Shown piece by piece: positions 56,228 through 64,000 of a stretch of 64,000 nt of DNA (its first letter is position 1; each line of letters opens with the position of its first letter). Made by a program: the position numbers and the translations under genes. Under the pieces are notes generated by a model. It searched no databases, was not told the DNA's origin, and saw only the letters and a program-made list of their open reading frames with translations. Origin of the DNA: Candidatus Moraniibacteriota bacterium (GTDB lineage Bacteria > Patescibacteriota > Minisyncoccia > Moranbacterales > UBA2206); the NCBI GenBank assembly GCA_003482885.1, contig DMXN01000032.1, positions 13,129-77,128 on the forward strand, given 5' to 3'.

Positions 56228-57285
56228 CAATTTTCATAATATTACCCCTAATAATACTTACTCTGGCGTGGATATTTAACGCCCCAGCTAGGCAGTACAT
56301 GAACGGCGGATTGGCTTATTGCTGGGGATGGTTTTTAGCTCATATCCCCACCGTCGGCGGAGTGTTGGCGGTGGTCGGCGTTGTTGTCGCGTTACCAATC
56401 ATTCTCGGCGCCGGTTGGATCGGCTTTTGGGCAGCCATCGGCAGCTGGGCGCTTGCGCCTACTGCCGGTATGACCATCGGAATCCTTTCGTTGGTTGGCA
56501 TTTTTGCCTTCCGGAAAACGATCGGATTCTTCCTAACGATAGCGTTCATCGCTATCGTAATCGGCTTTTGTTTCCCGCTTCTTAAAGAAGCAATAAACCG
56601 ATACAGCCAGTCCGGTCAGGATGAGCTGGCTAATGTCCTCGATAGTCAATCCGTCCAGATGCAATCGCAAGGCGTAATGCCAGCGGTTGTCATCGAAGAT
56701 GCCGTGCTGTATAACAGAGACGGCAAAGTCATAAATGATTCTGTCAAGAAAGGCGTGGAGTTGCGAACCATTAGCCTGAAAAAATACTCGCTCGGAAAAA
56801 ACCCCGAGACCTTCATCAATGTAATGCTCTCCAACGCAAAGGGTGAGTATTTTGATGGGGAATGCGGGTTAATCCCAGTCAGGAAATTGAAACTGGGAAC
56901 AACCGCGGCAGAAGAGTCCCGCAAAGTCGAAGAGGCTAAGCGGGCGAAAATCGAGAATACCGACTCCGACGCCGATAAGATTTCTCGACGGGAGTTGGAA
57001 AAGGAAACTGCCGCGCGGACAGCGGTGGCAACAACCGGTTGCCAGCCCGACCAGGATAAGGGCGTGTATTGCGCCCATATCCAGCCGGGTGGGTTTGACA
57101 CTCTCCAGCTTCCCGCTGGGGAGTATGCACTTGTGCCGGCAACGGCACAGGTTCGCTGGGATAAAAACCAGTATAAAGCCAGCGGCGGAACATTGTCGCT
57201 GGCTGTTCCTAGATTGGTTTTTTTCTCGTTTCCCGACAATGTAATGTCGGGAGATATCACAATCACAAAAAAACCTCCTTCCTGA
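56224..57285 (+). CDS. Hypothetical polytopic membrane protein (4-5 N-terminal TM segments plus a ~200-aa soluble C-terminal domain), GC-rich island
   Basis: ATGA overlap with the upstream gene, very hydrophobic N-terminal 130 aa, and about 52% GC. Confidence 0.55.
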   Translation: MTIFIILPLIILTLAWIFNAPARQYMNGGLAYCWGWFLAHIPTVGGVLAVVGVVVALPIILGAGWIGFWAAIGSWALAPTAGMTIGILSLVGIFAFRKTIGFFLTIAFIAIVIGFCFPLLKEAINRYSQSGQDELANVLDSQSVQMQSQGVMPAVVIEDAVLYNRDGKVINDSVKKGVELRTISLKKYSLGKNPETFINVMLSNAKGEYFDGECGLIPVRKLKLGTTAAEESRKVEEAKRAKIENTDSDADKISRRELEKETAARTAVATTGCQPDQDKGVYCAHIQPGGFDTLQLPAGEYALVPATAQVRWDKNQYKASGGTLSLAVPRLVFFSFPDNVMSGDITITKKPPS

Positions 57286-57343
57286 ATTTTAGGAAGAGAG
57301 GTTTTGAAAAAAAGGGCAGACTCATATTATTGAGCTGCCCTTT
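57275..57343. terminator. Bidirectional terminator (two hairpins) after the GC-rich two-gene module
   Basis: cttcct-gaatttt-aggaag, then gggcagactc-atattatt-gagctgccc followed by ttt. An A-run precedes it on the opposite strand. Confidence 0.5.
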
Positions 57344-57366
57344 AAAATTGGCTAAAAAAATATTTT

Positions 57367-58497
57367 TTACAAAACAAAATTAAAATAATTATCTTTTGCA
57401 ATATTCATAAATTCCGAACCCAAATAATTTTTCAAAAATTCTTTCGGCAACTTAGCCTTTCCATTCCACTTAAATTCAAACGCGCTTAATTTTCCGCCTT
57501 CTTCTTCGATATAGTCAATTTCTTTTTGATCATAAGTGCGCCAAAAATATTTATTGCAACCTCTTTGCTTATGAGAGTTGGCTTTCAATCTTTCAATGAT
57601 CATTAAATTTTCCCAAAGTGCTCCGACATCATTGCGCAAAGATAGATTATTGAAATTTTGAATCAAACTATTTCGCACTCCCAAATCATAGAAATATATT
57701 TTCATCGATTTGGAAATTTCCTTGCGCAAATTACGGCTGAATGCTCTTAGAACAAAAATTATAAATGATTGTTCCAAAATATCAATATACTTTTGCACTG
57801 TTATGCGACTGACGCCAAGATTTTGCGCCAGCTCATTGTAAGAAACCTCGCTTCCCATTTGCAATGCCAAAAGTTTCAACAAATTTTCAATGATTCCGGA
57901 TTTTTTAACTCCTTCAAAGGCTAAGATATCTTTGTATAAATAATTTGAAACAATTTCATTTAATCTTTCTTTGGCAATTTCCTCGCTTTCTGCCAAAAAA
58001 ACTTCCGGATACACTCCAAAGCGCATAATATTTTCAAGTTTGGCATCAATTTCAACACGACTAAACTTCCGATCAAGCTCGGCAAGAGAAAAGGGATACA
58101 GCATAAAACGAATAGCTCTTCCGGTCATCGGTTCGCTGATTTTATTTGCCAATTCAAAACTGGAAGATCCGGTGGCAATTATTTGAATTTCCGGACAATG
58201 ATCAACTAGAATTTTCAAAATAACTCCGGCATTGGGAAGTTTTTGCATTTCGTCCAGAACTGCAATTTTATATTTCCCCAAAAACATCCGCAGTTTTTCC
58301 ACTTCAGGAATTTCAATATTCCGCCTGACCGAAAGCAACTCGCAATCAAAATAATAGGCATCTTCTCCATATTGACTGATTATATTTTTCGCCAATGTTG
58401 TCTTGCCAGTTTGCCTAGCTCCATAAATAATGATTGCTTTTTTTTTGAAAAGCCGGCTTTCAATCTGTTTTTGCGCTATTCTTGGTATATTTTGCAT
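57367..58497 (-). CDS. AAA+ ATPase (AAA_14 plus DUF4143 type), second paralogue
   Basis: KAIIIYGARQTGKTTLAKNII is the Walker A motif; 376 aa. Confidence 0.75.
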   Translation of the reverse strand: MQNIPRIAQKQIESRLFKKKAIIIYGARQTGKTTLAKNIISQYGEDAYYFDCELLSVRRNIEIPEVEKLRMFLGKYKIAVLDEMQKLPNAGVILKILVDHCPEIQIIATGSSSFELANKISEPMTGRAIRFMLYPFSLAELDRKFSRVEIDAKLENIMRFGVYPEVFLAESEEIAKERLNEIVSNYLYKDILAFEGVKKSGIIENLLKLLALQMGSEVSYNELAQNLGVSRITVQKYIDILEQSFIIFVLRAFSRNLRKEISKSMKIYFYDLGVRNSLIQNFNNLSLRNDVGALWENLMIIERLKANSHKQRGCNKYFWRTYDQKEIDYIEEEGGKLSAFEFKWNGKAKLPKEFLKNYLGSEFMNIAKDNYFNFVL

Positions 58498-58608
58498 AAA
58501 TTAGCATTAAAATTGCTACTCTAATTACAATTTTATGCTTAATTTTGTAATTTGTCAAGTGTTTTTTACTTTAAATCATCTTCTTGACATGGGGGTTTCA
58601 ACAAAAGC

Positions 58609-59106
58609 TTACAAACTCGCGCTTAAGATTGCGTCGATTGTTTCAATGACAATATACCCGGAAAGCGCCACTGCCAATCCGATAATGGAAGCCGTCATAG
58701 TTTTTTTGGCGGTTTCCATCATTTTTTCATCCGCCGCCGCCAAATAATACTGAACGCCGGCAATCACAAGGCCGATCACCGCCAAAATTCCAATTAAACT
58801 CAAGAGCCAATCGGCGACATTTTCAATAATGCCTTTCACTAAACCGGCATTAGTCGGTAAACCGGCCAACTCGTCCGGAACAATTTCGCTCTCGCTGCCG
58901 GCTTTCTCACAGCAATTATTGTTTGCAAGATCACAAGCAACAGCAGTCTTCAGAATGTCACTATTGGGACAATCGAGCGATGGAATGCCAGGGTATGGAT
59001 AGCAATATCCGCCGGAATCCGTACAGGCATCCGCTTGCGCGTTATTAACCAAGCAAAAACTGAAAATGAAAAATAAAGTTAAAATTAAAAATATTTTTTT
59101 TGACAT
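58609..59106 (-). CDS. VirB2/TrbC-like pilin-family protein with a Cys-rich N-terminal domain (paralogue 1 of 4)
   Basis: Signal peptide, then 8 Cys (DACTDSGGYCYPYPGIPSLDCPNSD…CDLANNNCCEKAG), then a conserved two-helix module (VADWLLSLIGILAVIGLVIAGVQYYLAAADEKMMETAKKTMTASIIGLAVALSGY). Confidence 0.55.
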   Translation of the reverse strand: MSKKIFLILTLFFIFSFCLVNNAQADACTDSGGYCYPYPGIPSLDCPNSDILKTAVACDLANNNCCEKAGSESEIVPDELAGLPTNAGLVKGIIENVADWLLSLIGILAVIGLVIAGVQYYLAAADEKMMETAKKTMTASIIGLAVALSGYIVIETIDAILSASL

Positions 59107-59111
59107 AAAGT

Positions 59112-59480
59112 TTAAAATAAATAATCAGCGTTTAACATATAATCCACCGCGGTAACAACCACCACTCCGGAAAGCGCCACAATTACTCCATAAATCGAAG
59201 CCATCATTGCGCTTTTAGCAGTTTTCATTTTAGCGTCATCCCCCGCCGAAGTTAAATACATCAAACCGGAAATTATAAAACCAATCACGCCGGCGATTCC
59301 CACTAGCGTTAAAAGCCAATCAAGAATATTGGAAATAATACCATAGATGCCCTCAATAGGATCGGGCAGACCAAAACCCGACACATCAAGCAGATCCCAA
59401 CCGCCAATAGCGGTTTTTTTAAACCCGAACAAAAACACCAAGCTCAAAACCGCGATGGATAAAAAATTTTTTGATTTCAT
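59112..59480 (-). CDS. VirB2/TrbC-like pilin-family protein (paralogue 2)
   Basis: Signal peptide plus the module ILDWLLTLVGIAGVIGFIISGLMYLTSAGDDAKMKTAKSAMMASIYGVIVALSGVVVV. Confidence 0.55.
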   Translation of the reverse strand: MKSKNFLSIAVLSLVFLFGFKKTAIGGWDLLDVSGFGLPDPIEGIYGIISNILDWLLTLVGIAGVIGFIISGLMYLTSAGDDAKMKTAKSAMMASIYGVIVALSGVVVVTAVDYMLNADYLF

Positions 59481-59494
59481 TTTTCTTGTTTTTC

Positions 59495-59661
59495 TTTGTC
59501 ATTCCCGCGAAGGCGGGGATCTAGGTTCCACTAAACTATTTACTACAACAAATCAAATTATATTTTTTATTTTATACTACTTTGCACTAATTGTATTAAT
59601 TTGTTTTTTCTTTATATAAAACTTGTGGTGACTGGATCCCCGCCTTCGCGGGGATGACAAT
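59495..59661. mobile_element. MITE-like 167-bp element: GC-rich 27-bp terminal inverted repeats around an AT-rich core
   Basis: The left end is ttgtcattcccgcgaaggcggggatc. The right end is gatccccgccttcgcggggatgacaa, which matches 26 of 27 positions when reverse-complemented. Each end is itself a small GC hairpin (cccgc-gaag-gcggg). Confidence 0.4.
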
Positions 59662-59707
59662 AAGAAATTATAAAATTATTATCTATACTGTATCACAAAA
59701 AACAAAA

Positions 59708-59740
59708 TAAAAATAGTCCGCCATGGCGGACTATTTTTTA
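59708..59740 (-). terminator. Terminator of pilin paralogue 3
   Basis: tagtccgcc-at-ggcggacta is a perfect 9-bp stem with A and T runs on either side. Confidence 0.5.
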
Positions 59741-59766
59741 ACTTTTGCAAATATATATTTTCAAAA

Positions 59767-60123
59767 CTAGAATGTCGCGCCACCCAATAAGCCACTGGCC
59801 GCTCTAAGCGCCACCACGCCGGCAATCGCCACAAGCACTCCGATAATCGAAGCAACCATCGCGCTTTTAGCTTTCTTGATTTTATCTTCATCTCCGGCCG
59901 CCGTCAGATATAAAATTCCGGAAATCGCGAAACCGATTACTCCGGCAATCCCGATCGCGGTCAAAAGCCAGTTCATAATATTAGCGACAATATTCATAAC
60001 GGATTCTTCAGGAAGACCAGTTCCCCCTCCCGCGGTCGGATCAAAAGCTCCGAATACAATCGCCGGCGCTGCTAATGCCGCAACTGAAATCCCATAAGCC
60101 AATCCTCTAATTTTATTTTTCAT
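59767..60123 (-). CDS. VirB2/TrbC-like pilin-family protein (paralogue 3)
   Basis: Signal peptide plus IMNWLLTAIGIAGVIGFAISGILYLTAAGDEDKIKKAKSAMVASIIGVLVAIAGV. Confidence 0.55.
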   Translation of the reverse strand: MKNKIRGLAYGISVAALAAPAIVFGAFDPTAGGGTGLPEESVMNIVANIMNWLLTAIGIAGVIGFAISGILYLTAAGDEDKIKKAKSAMVASIIGVLVAIAGVVALRAASGLLGGATF

Positions 60124-60156
60124 ACAAACACCTCCTTCTATTTTTTATATTTATTT

Positions 60157-60918
60157 TTATCCCGTTATTAATTTCTCCACTTGTTGCAATATTGTGAGTG
60201 AACCCAGCGCGATGATGATTCCGATAATCGACCACTTTGCCATTGTTTTGGCGGTTTCTGTTTGTTTGCCGCCACTGTAATCCGTCATATACATTCCGCC
60301 GGCGATCACTAAACTGATTATAGCAATTATTCCCACAATCGACAAGAGAAAATTCAAAACATTGGTGGCGATTTGCTGAACGGTCAACGCATTTTCAATT
60401 CCGCCACCCGTCAATGTTCCGCCTAAAATTTCTTGCACTTGTTTCAAAAATGTCGGCGCCGCGACAACGATTGACAGGCCGATCACGGAATACAGCCAGC
60501 AATCTTTCGCTCGCTTTATCATTCCCGGATCGCCGGAAGATACCATGTACAAAATTCCTCCGATGACAATAAACACTATCGATAATGTCACCACCAAGCC
60601 GGAAAGCGCTTTGAGCAATGAAGTTAAAACTTCATCGATGGAATTAGAAGTAATCGGATTGGTAAATTCGGTTGTGGTATTGGAACCACCGGACGGCGGA
60701 GCTGCTTGAGGACACTCAGGAAAAGAAGCGCATGTTTGCTCTATTAATGTTCCTGCACCGCAAGTTCCATCTTTATCAATTACATTGCACTTTATTTGTT
60801 CTGTCGCGTCATCCACGCAACACCATTCCCCCGCCGCCCGCGCTTCAATTCCGCCGAATAAGCAACCCGACAAAACAGCCCACAAAGTTAGACTGAAAAT
60901 AAACTTTTTGTTTTGCAT
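60157..60918 (-). CDS. VirB2/TrbC-like pilin-family protein with a Cys-rich N-terminal domain and an internally duplicated two-helix module (paralogue 4)
   Basis: 7 Cys in EWCCVDDATEQIKCNVIDKDGTCGAGTLIEQTCASFPEC. Two copies of the module are present: LLKALSGLVVTLSIVFIVIGGILYMVSSGDPGMIKRAKDCWLYSVIGLSIV and VLNFLLSIVGIIAIISLVIAGGMYMTDYSGGKQTETAKTMAKWSIIGIIIALG. Confidence 0.55.
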   Translation of the reverse strand: MQNKKFIFSLTLWAVLSGCLFGGIEARAAGEWCCVDDATEQIKCNVIDKDGTCGAGTLIEQTCASFPECPQAAPPSGGSNTTTEFTNPITSNSIDEVLTSLLKALSGLVVTLSIVFIVIGGILYMVSSGDPGMIKRAKDCWLYSVIGLSIVVAAPTFLKQVQEILGGTLTGGGIENALTVQQIATNVLNFLLSIVGIIAIISLVIAGGMYMTDYSGGKQTETAKTMAKWSIIGIIIALGSLTILQQVEKLITG

Positions 60919-61052
60919 ATGGTTCTACGAAATTACAAAATTATACAAAAGTACGAAAGCACAAAATAATACAAACTTAACTTAGAAAATAGGCAAATCT
61001 TTTCGTATTTTTGTATTTTTTGTATATATTCGTAAGTTTCGTAGGAACGAGA
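60919..61052. promoter_or_regulatory. About 130-bp imperfect palindromic region upstream of the pilin array (candidate operator/promoter)
   Basis: The left arm has ggttctacgaaattac and gtacgaaagc. The right arm has tttcgtattt, attcgtaag and tttcgtaggaacga. These TACGAAA/TTTCGTA motifs are arranged symmetrically around position ~60985. Confidence 0.3.
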
Positions 61053-62432
61053 TTATTTCGCTTCCGCTCTTGTTAATCTTTCCCCGGCCGCTTGAAGAGC
61101 GTCCGCCACAGTCGCGGCGCCTTTATTCACTTGATCTATCATTTCGGCAAAAACAAATTCGGTTGCCGCCGCATCGATTTGCTTCCAACTTTTCGCCGTC
61201 AAATTTCCTTTGGCGAATATATTCAAATCAACATCGTTCTTTTGTTTTTCAATTAAATCTTTTCTAGCGGCCGGCTGTTTGGTTATTTCCAAATATTTTC
61301 CCGCCGGATCAAAATTCAAATCAATTGGTTTGTTCACCGCCATCGTACTTGATGCCGGCGCGACAATCGGCATTTCCGCTTTGGTTGTCAGATAGGTTAA
61401 TAATTTCCATGCTTCCGTAATGCGAATATCATTGGATACCGGCGTGGTTTTGTTTTTTGGATCAGCTTCAATTGTTTTATTATTCGCCACTGCGAACGCC
61501 CAATAATTGGCGTAATTAACCGGCGCGCCCGGAAAAACTTGCGGGATTTCCGCCACCGTAAAATTTAATTTTGGCGCTTTGCTTTTGATTACATCCATCT
61601 GCCAAGAATAATTTAACATCATCGCCAACGATCCTTCCGAAAAAGCATCGATGGAATAATGCGTCACAGGATTCCATGAATAACTGGATGATCCGGCTTT
61701 GGCAAATTGTGTATAAAAATCCAAAGCTTTGACAGCATTTCCATCTCGACCGAAATCTATTTGACCTCTTTCATCGCGCATTTGCACGCCATTCTGCAAC
61801 ATTAAAAGATTTAAAATGTCAGTCGAACGATTGATATTATAGGCGGTTCCCAGCGCAGCGCCGGATTGGGTAATTCCTCCTTGATTATTGATTTTAGTCA
61901 GTTTTTCCGCCAAGATCACAAATTCTTCCCAAGTTTTTGGCGGAGCGGTAATGCCGGCGGCGTTAAAAAGATCCTTATTATAATATAGCGCCAGCGAATC
62001 AACGGAAAGTGGAACGGCGTAAATCGCGCCGTCCGCGATAAAATCATTGGCGCAAACATCGGCAAAATCTTTGCGGAATTTTTGCTCGGTTAAAATTTCT
62101 TTCGGCGCGGCTGATATTTTATTGGAAAATTCCGCCAACCATGTATTGTGAATCAAAAAAATATCCGGACCTTTCCCTGAAGCCAACGCGTCAACCAAGT
62201 CTTTTTTGTAAGTTTCAATGCGTTGTTTTTTGTAGATAATATTTCCAACATTAGGATTGATGTCGCGATAGTTTTTGAATATTTCCGCGTACGCGTCGCT
62301 GTCATCCAAAACGCCCCACACTTCCAAGTCCACTCTGTATTTTTCCGCTGTCTGTCTGCACCCGCAACCGGAAACAACCAATAGAATAAAAGCTAAAAAA
62401 GATATTAAGAAAATTTTTGTTTTATTTGGCAT
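61053..62432 (-). CDS. ABC transporter extracellular solute-binding protein (family 1, sugar type), lipoprotein
   Basis: Lipobox region LLVVSGCGC, about 460 aa, with a general SBP_bac_1 pattern (…YNKDLFNAAGI…). Confidence 0.7.
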   Translation of the reverse strand: MPNKTKIFLISFLAFILLVVSGCGCRQTAEKYRVDLEVWGVLDDSDAYAEIFKNYRDINPNVGNIIYKKQRIETYKKDLVDALASGKGPDIFLIHNTWLAEFSNKISAAPKEILTEQKFRKDFADVCANDFIADGAIYAVPLSVDSLALYYNKDLFNAAGITAPPKTWEEFVILAEKLTKINNQGGITQSGAALGTAYNINRSTDILNLLMLQNGVQMRDERGQIDFGRDGNAVKALDFYTQFAKAGSSSYSWNPVTHYSIDAFSEGSLAMMLNYSWQMDVIKSKAPKLNFTVAEIPQVFPGAPVNYANYWAFAVANNKTIEADPKNKTTPVSNDIRITEAWKLLTYLTTKAEMPIVAPASSTMAVNKPIDLNFDPAGKYLEITKQPAARKDLIEKQKNDVDLNIFAKGNLTAKSWKQIDAAATEFVFAEMIDQVNKGAATVADALQAAGERLTRAEAK

Positions 62433-62434
62433 AT

Positions 62435-63013
62435 TTATTTTTCTAAAATTACTCCGTAATGAAAATCACTGATCGCCATTTCTTTTATAATGCTCAAGCC
62501 ACAATTTATCGCCAGCTCGGAAATTTCATCCTTGGAAATACGCAAATTTCTTGCCGGACCAAAAGAAGAATCTTTTTCTCCCCATTCAATAACCAAAATT
62601 TTCCCGCCGGTTTTCAAAACGCGCGCCGCTTCTTTAACTATTATTTCTTTGCTTTTATTTTGAAAAAGCATATTCACCAAAAATACCCAGTCTAAGCTAT
62701 TTTCCTTTAATTTTGATCCGCCGGCCACTTCTAAGTTAGCTCTTTTAATAATAATATTATTAAAGCTCAAAACTTTCGCTTCCGATTCAACTGATTCCAA
62801 TTTATCTTTTAAAATATCCAGAGCGTACACTTGTCCTGTTTGCCCGACTTTTTCCGCCAAAGGAAAAGCGAAATAACCGATGCCGCAACCGAAATCGCCA
62901 ATCGACATTCCCGCCGTGATTTCTAACAAATCAATGGTCGCGCGCGGATCAATAAATTTAATTCCAATATTATTTTCCATTATCTTTATTGTACAATTAT
63001 CTTTATTGTACAA
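62435..63013 (-). CDS. Class I SAM-dependent methyltransferase
   Basis: GMSIGDFGCGIGYFAFPLAEKVGQTGQVYALDI is motif I (GxGxG), and LKTGGKILVIEW is the post-II motif. Confidence 0.7.
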   Translation of the reverse strand: MYNKDNCTIKIMENNIGIKFIDPRATIDLLEITAGMSIGDFGCGIGYFAFPLAEKVGQTGQVYALDILKDKLESVESEAKVLSFNNIIIKRANLEVAGGSKLKENSLDWVFLVNMLFQNKSKEIIVKEAARVLKTGGKILVIEWGEKDSSFGPARNLRISKDEISELAINCGLSIIKEMAISDFHYGVILEK

Positions 63014-63073
63014 TAATTTTTAAAAAACAACAACTCGCTAGACAAAGCAAGTTTTAGATGCTAACCTGATTTT

Positions 63074-63592
63074 ATGGAATCAGTAAAATCGCTAATAGAA
63101 GAAAATTTGCTTTTGCTTTTCGGAGCGCTTTTTTTTCTATCATTATTATCAATCGGCTGGACATTGTTTCTCCAACTTAAATTAAAAAATATACAAACTG
63201 CCAACAAGGAACTGTTTCGAGGAGGAAAAATTCCCAACTTGGAAGAATTGCTTTTAGAGCAAGCCAAGAATCTTAAAAATTTAGACAAAGACATTCAAGA
63301 GCTTTTCAATATTTCCAATAAAATCAACGCTTTGGCGCTGAAAAGTTTGCACAAGTTCGCGGTTGTCCGTTTCAATCCTTTCAAAGATACCGGCGGAAAC
63401 CAAAGTTTTTCCATCGCGCTACTCGACGGAAAAAATAACGGACTGACTATTACCGCTCTTTATACCCGCGAAGGCACGCGAGTCTACGCCAAATCCATCG
63501 CCAATAAAGATTCAAAAACATTCCCGCTAACGGATGAAGAAAAACAAGCCATTGAAATCGCCTCGGGCGAGGAGAGTAAAAAGAAGAAATAG
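63074..63592 (+). CDS. DUF4446-like protein (N-terminal TM, VVRFNPFKDTGGNQSF core)
   Basis: One TM, then a coiled region, then FAVVRFNPFKDTGGNQSFSIALLD; the assignment rests on memory of the family pattern. Confidence 0.45.
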   Translation: MESVKSLIEENLLLLFGALFFLSLLSIGWTLFLQLKLKNIQTANKELFRGGKIPNLEELLLEQAKNLKNLDKDIQELFNISNKINALALKSLHKFAVVRFNPFKDTGGNQSFSIALLDGKNNGLTITALYTREGTRVYAKSIANKDSKTFPLTDEEKQAIEIASGEESKKKK

Positions 63593-63848
63593 AGCCCTTG
63601 TTTATTTAAGTGGTATCGACTTAATTCCTGTTATTGTTTTGAATAAGACAGTCTTACTAAAATATCTTAGCCACAAGTTTTCGTAAGCTTATAACCTTAC
63701 ATGGCATTATGCTCACCCGCAAGTTTTTCTTTTACAGCTTCGATTTTTTAATTTATCGATTTCTTCGCCGGACTCTCTTTGAACTTCACCGGCATCTTTT
63801 TCTATAACTGTCGCTATCTCTTGAAATTCTCTTCTTGCCAATTTATTT

Positions 63849-63998
63849 TTTTTCAGCTTCTATGATTGATGTCTCAATAGCTTGTTGTACAATAAAAGGA
63901 ATTTTATGATTCATATACTCAACTTGACGCCGTTCATTATCTGCATCAAAATGCAACCAACGCATACTTTTCTTAACATTGCTATATTCACCTGAATG
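63849..63998 (-). CDS. 3' end (49 codons) of an unidentified gene entering from the right window edge
   Basis: The reverse-strand frame reads …HSGEYSNVKKSMRWLHFDADNERRQVEYMNHKIPFIVQQAIETSIIEAEKK*. No stop occurs before the edge, and the family is not recognisable. Confidence 0.3.
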
Positions 63999-64000
63999 AA

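Noticed and set aside
55402-56300. ORFs 55402..55647(-), 55929..56279(+), 55982..56230(-) and 56055..56300(-) in the GC-rich island
   Set aside because: They overlap the preferred 55553..56227 frame, which has an AGGAGG RBS. GC-rich DNA yields multiple open frames.
56646-57266. 206-aa minus-strand ORF antisense to the membrane-protein gene
   Set aside because: The sense frame encodes a coherent polytopic membrane protein. The antisense frame is Ser/Pro/Ala-rich without start signals.
1-64000. tRNA, rRNA and CRISPR arrays
   Set aside because: No GTTCGAATC-type T-arm or cloverleaf candidates in the intergenic regions, no rRNA-like conserved blocks, and no regularly spaced short direct repeats with unique spacers.
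1-64000. Transposases, integrases and IS elements
   Set aside because: No DDE, tyrosine or serine recombinase motifs were recognised. The AbiE cassettes appear to have inserted without a co-located recombinase. The only mobile-element-like feature is the MITE-like repeat at 59495-59661.

Overview
The window is AT-rich (roughly 30-35% GC) and gene-dense, with overlapping or tightly coupled genes, weak Shine-Dalgarno sites and many Cys-rich secreted proteins. This fits a streamlined Patescibacteria/CPR-type bacterium, though that is an inference from composition only. The housekeeping backbone is: uvrA (partial at the left edge), a DUF45 hydrolase, lexA, a DsbA-like oxidoreductase, secG, a peptide substrate-binding protein (SBP), manC, manB, trpS, RNase J, a beta-propeller protein, PBP1A, ruvC, yebC, an S2P protease, rpmB, ndk, recA, a RodZ-like gene, ftsK, a sugar SBP, a SAM-dependent MTase and a DUF4446 gene. 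Between these sit unusually many accessory and defence-type modules. (1) Four separate AbiEi/AbiEii toxin-antitoxin pairs, at least three of them bracketed by short direct repeats, one inserted into the shared terminator of rpmB and ndk. (2) Two type II R-M systems. One has a motif-permuted MTase and a PD-(D/E)xK (DIK) partner. The other is an AlwI/BstNBI-family type IIS nuclease flanked by a beta-class MTase and an unusual RadC(JAB)::Dam-MTase fusion, plus a 506-aa unknown. (3) A seven-gene minus-strand operon: 7TM protein, alpha-L-glutamate-ligase-like ATP-grasp fused to a retropepsin-like (DTGA) domain, two further ATP-grasp ligases, a GT4 glycosyltransferase and a MATCAP-like HExxH peptidase (DUF1704), lying between two AbiE pairs. 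(4) A radical SAM enzyme translationally coupled to a 40-aa, extremely acidic peptide whose first 10 residues recur at the enzyme's own N-terminus, with a divergent TrmB regulator. (5) A tandem array of four VirB2/TrbC-like pilin paralogues, interrupted by a 167-bp GC-rich MITE-like element with 27-bp terminal inverted repeats. (6) Two compositionally foreign GC-rich (about 50-58%) islands. No rRNA, tRNA or CRISPR array was recognised. All protein family calls come from reading motifs by eye; no database search was run.
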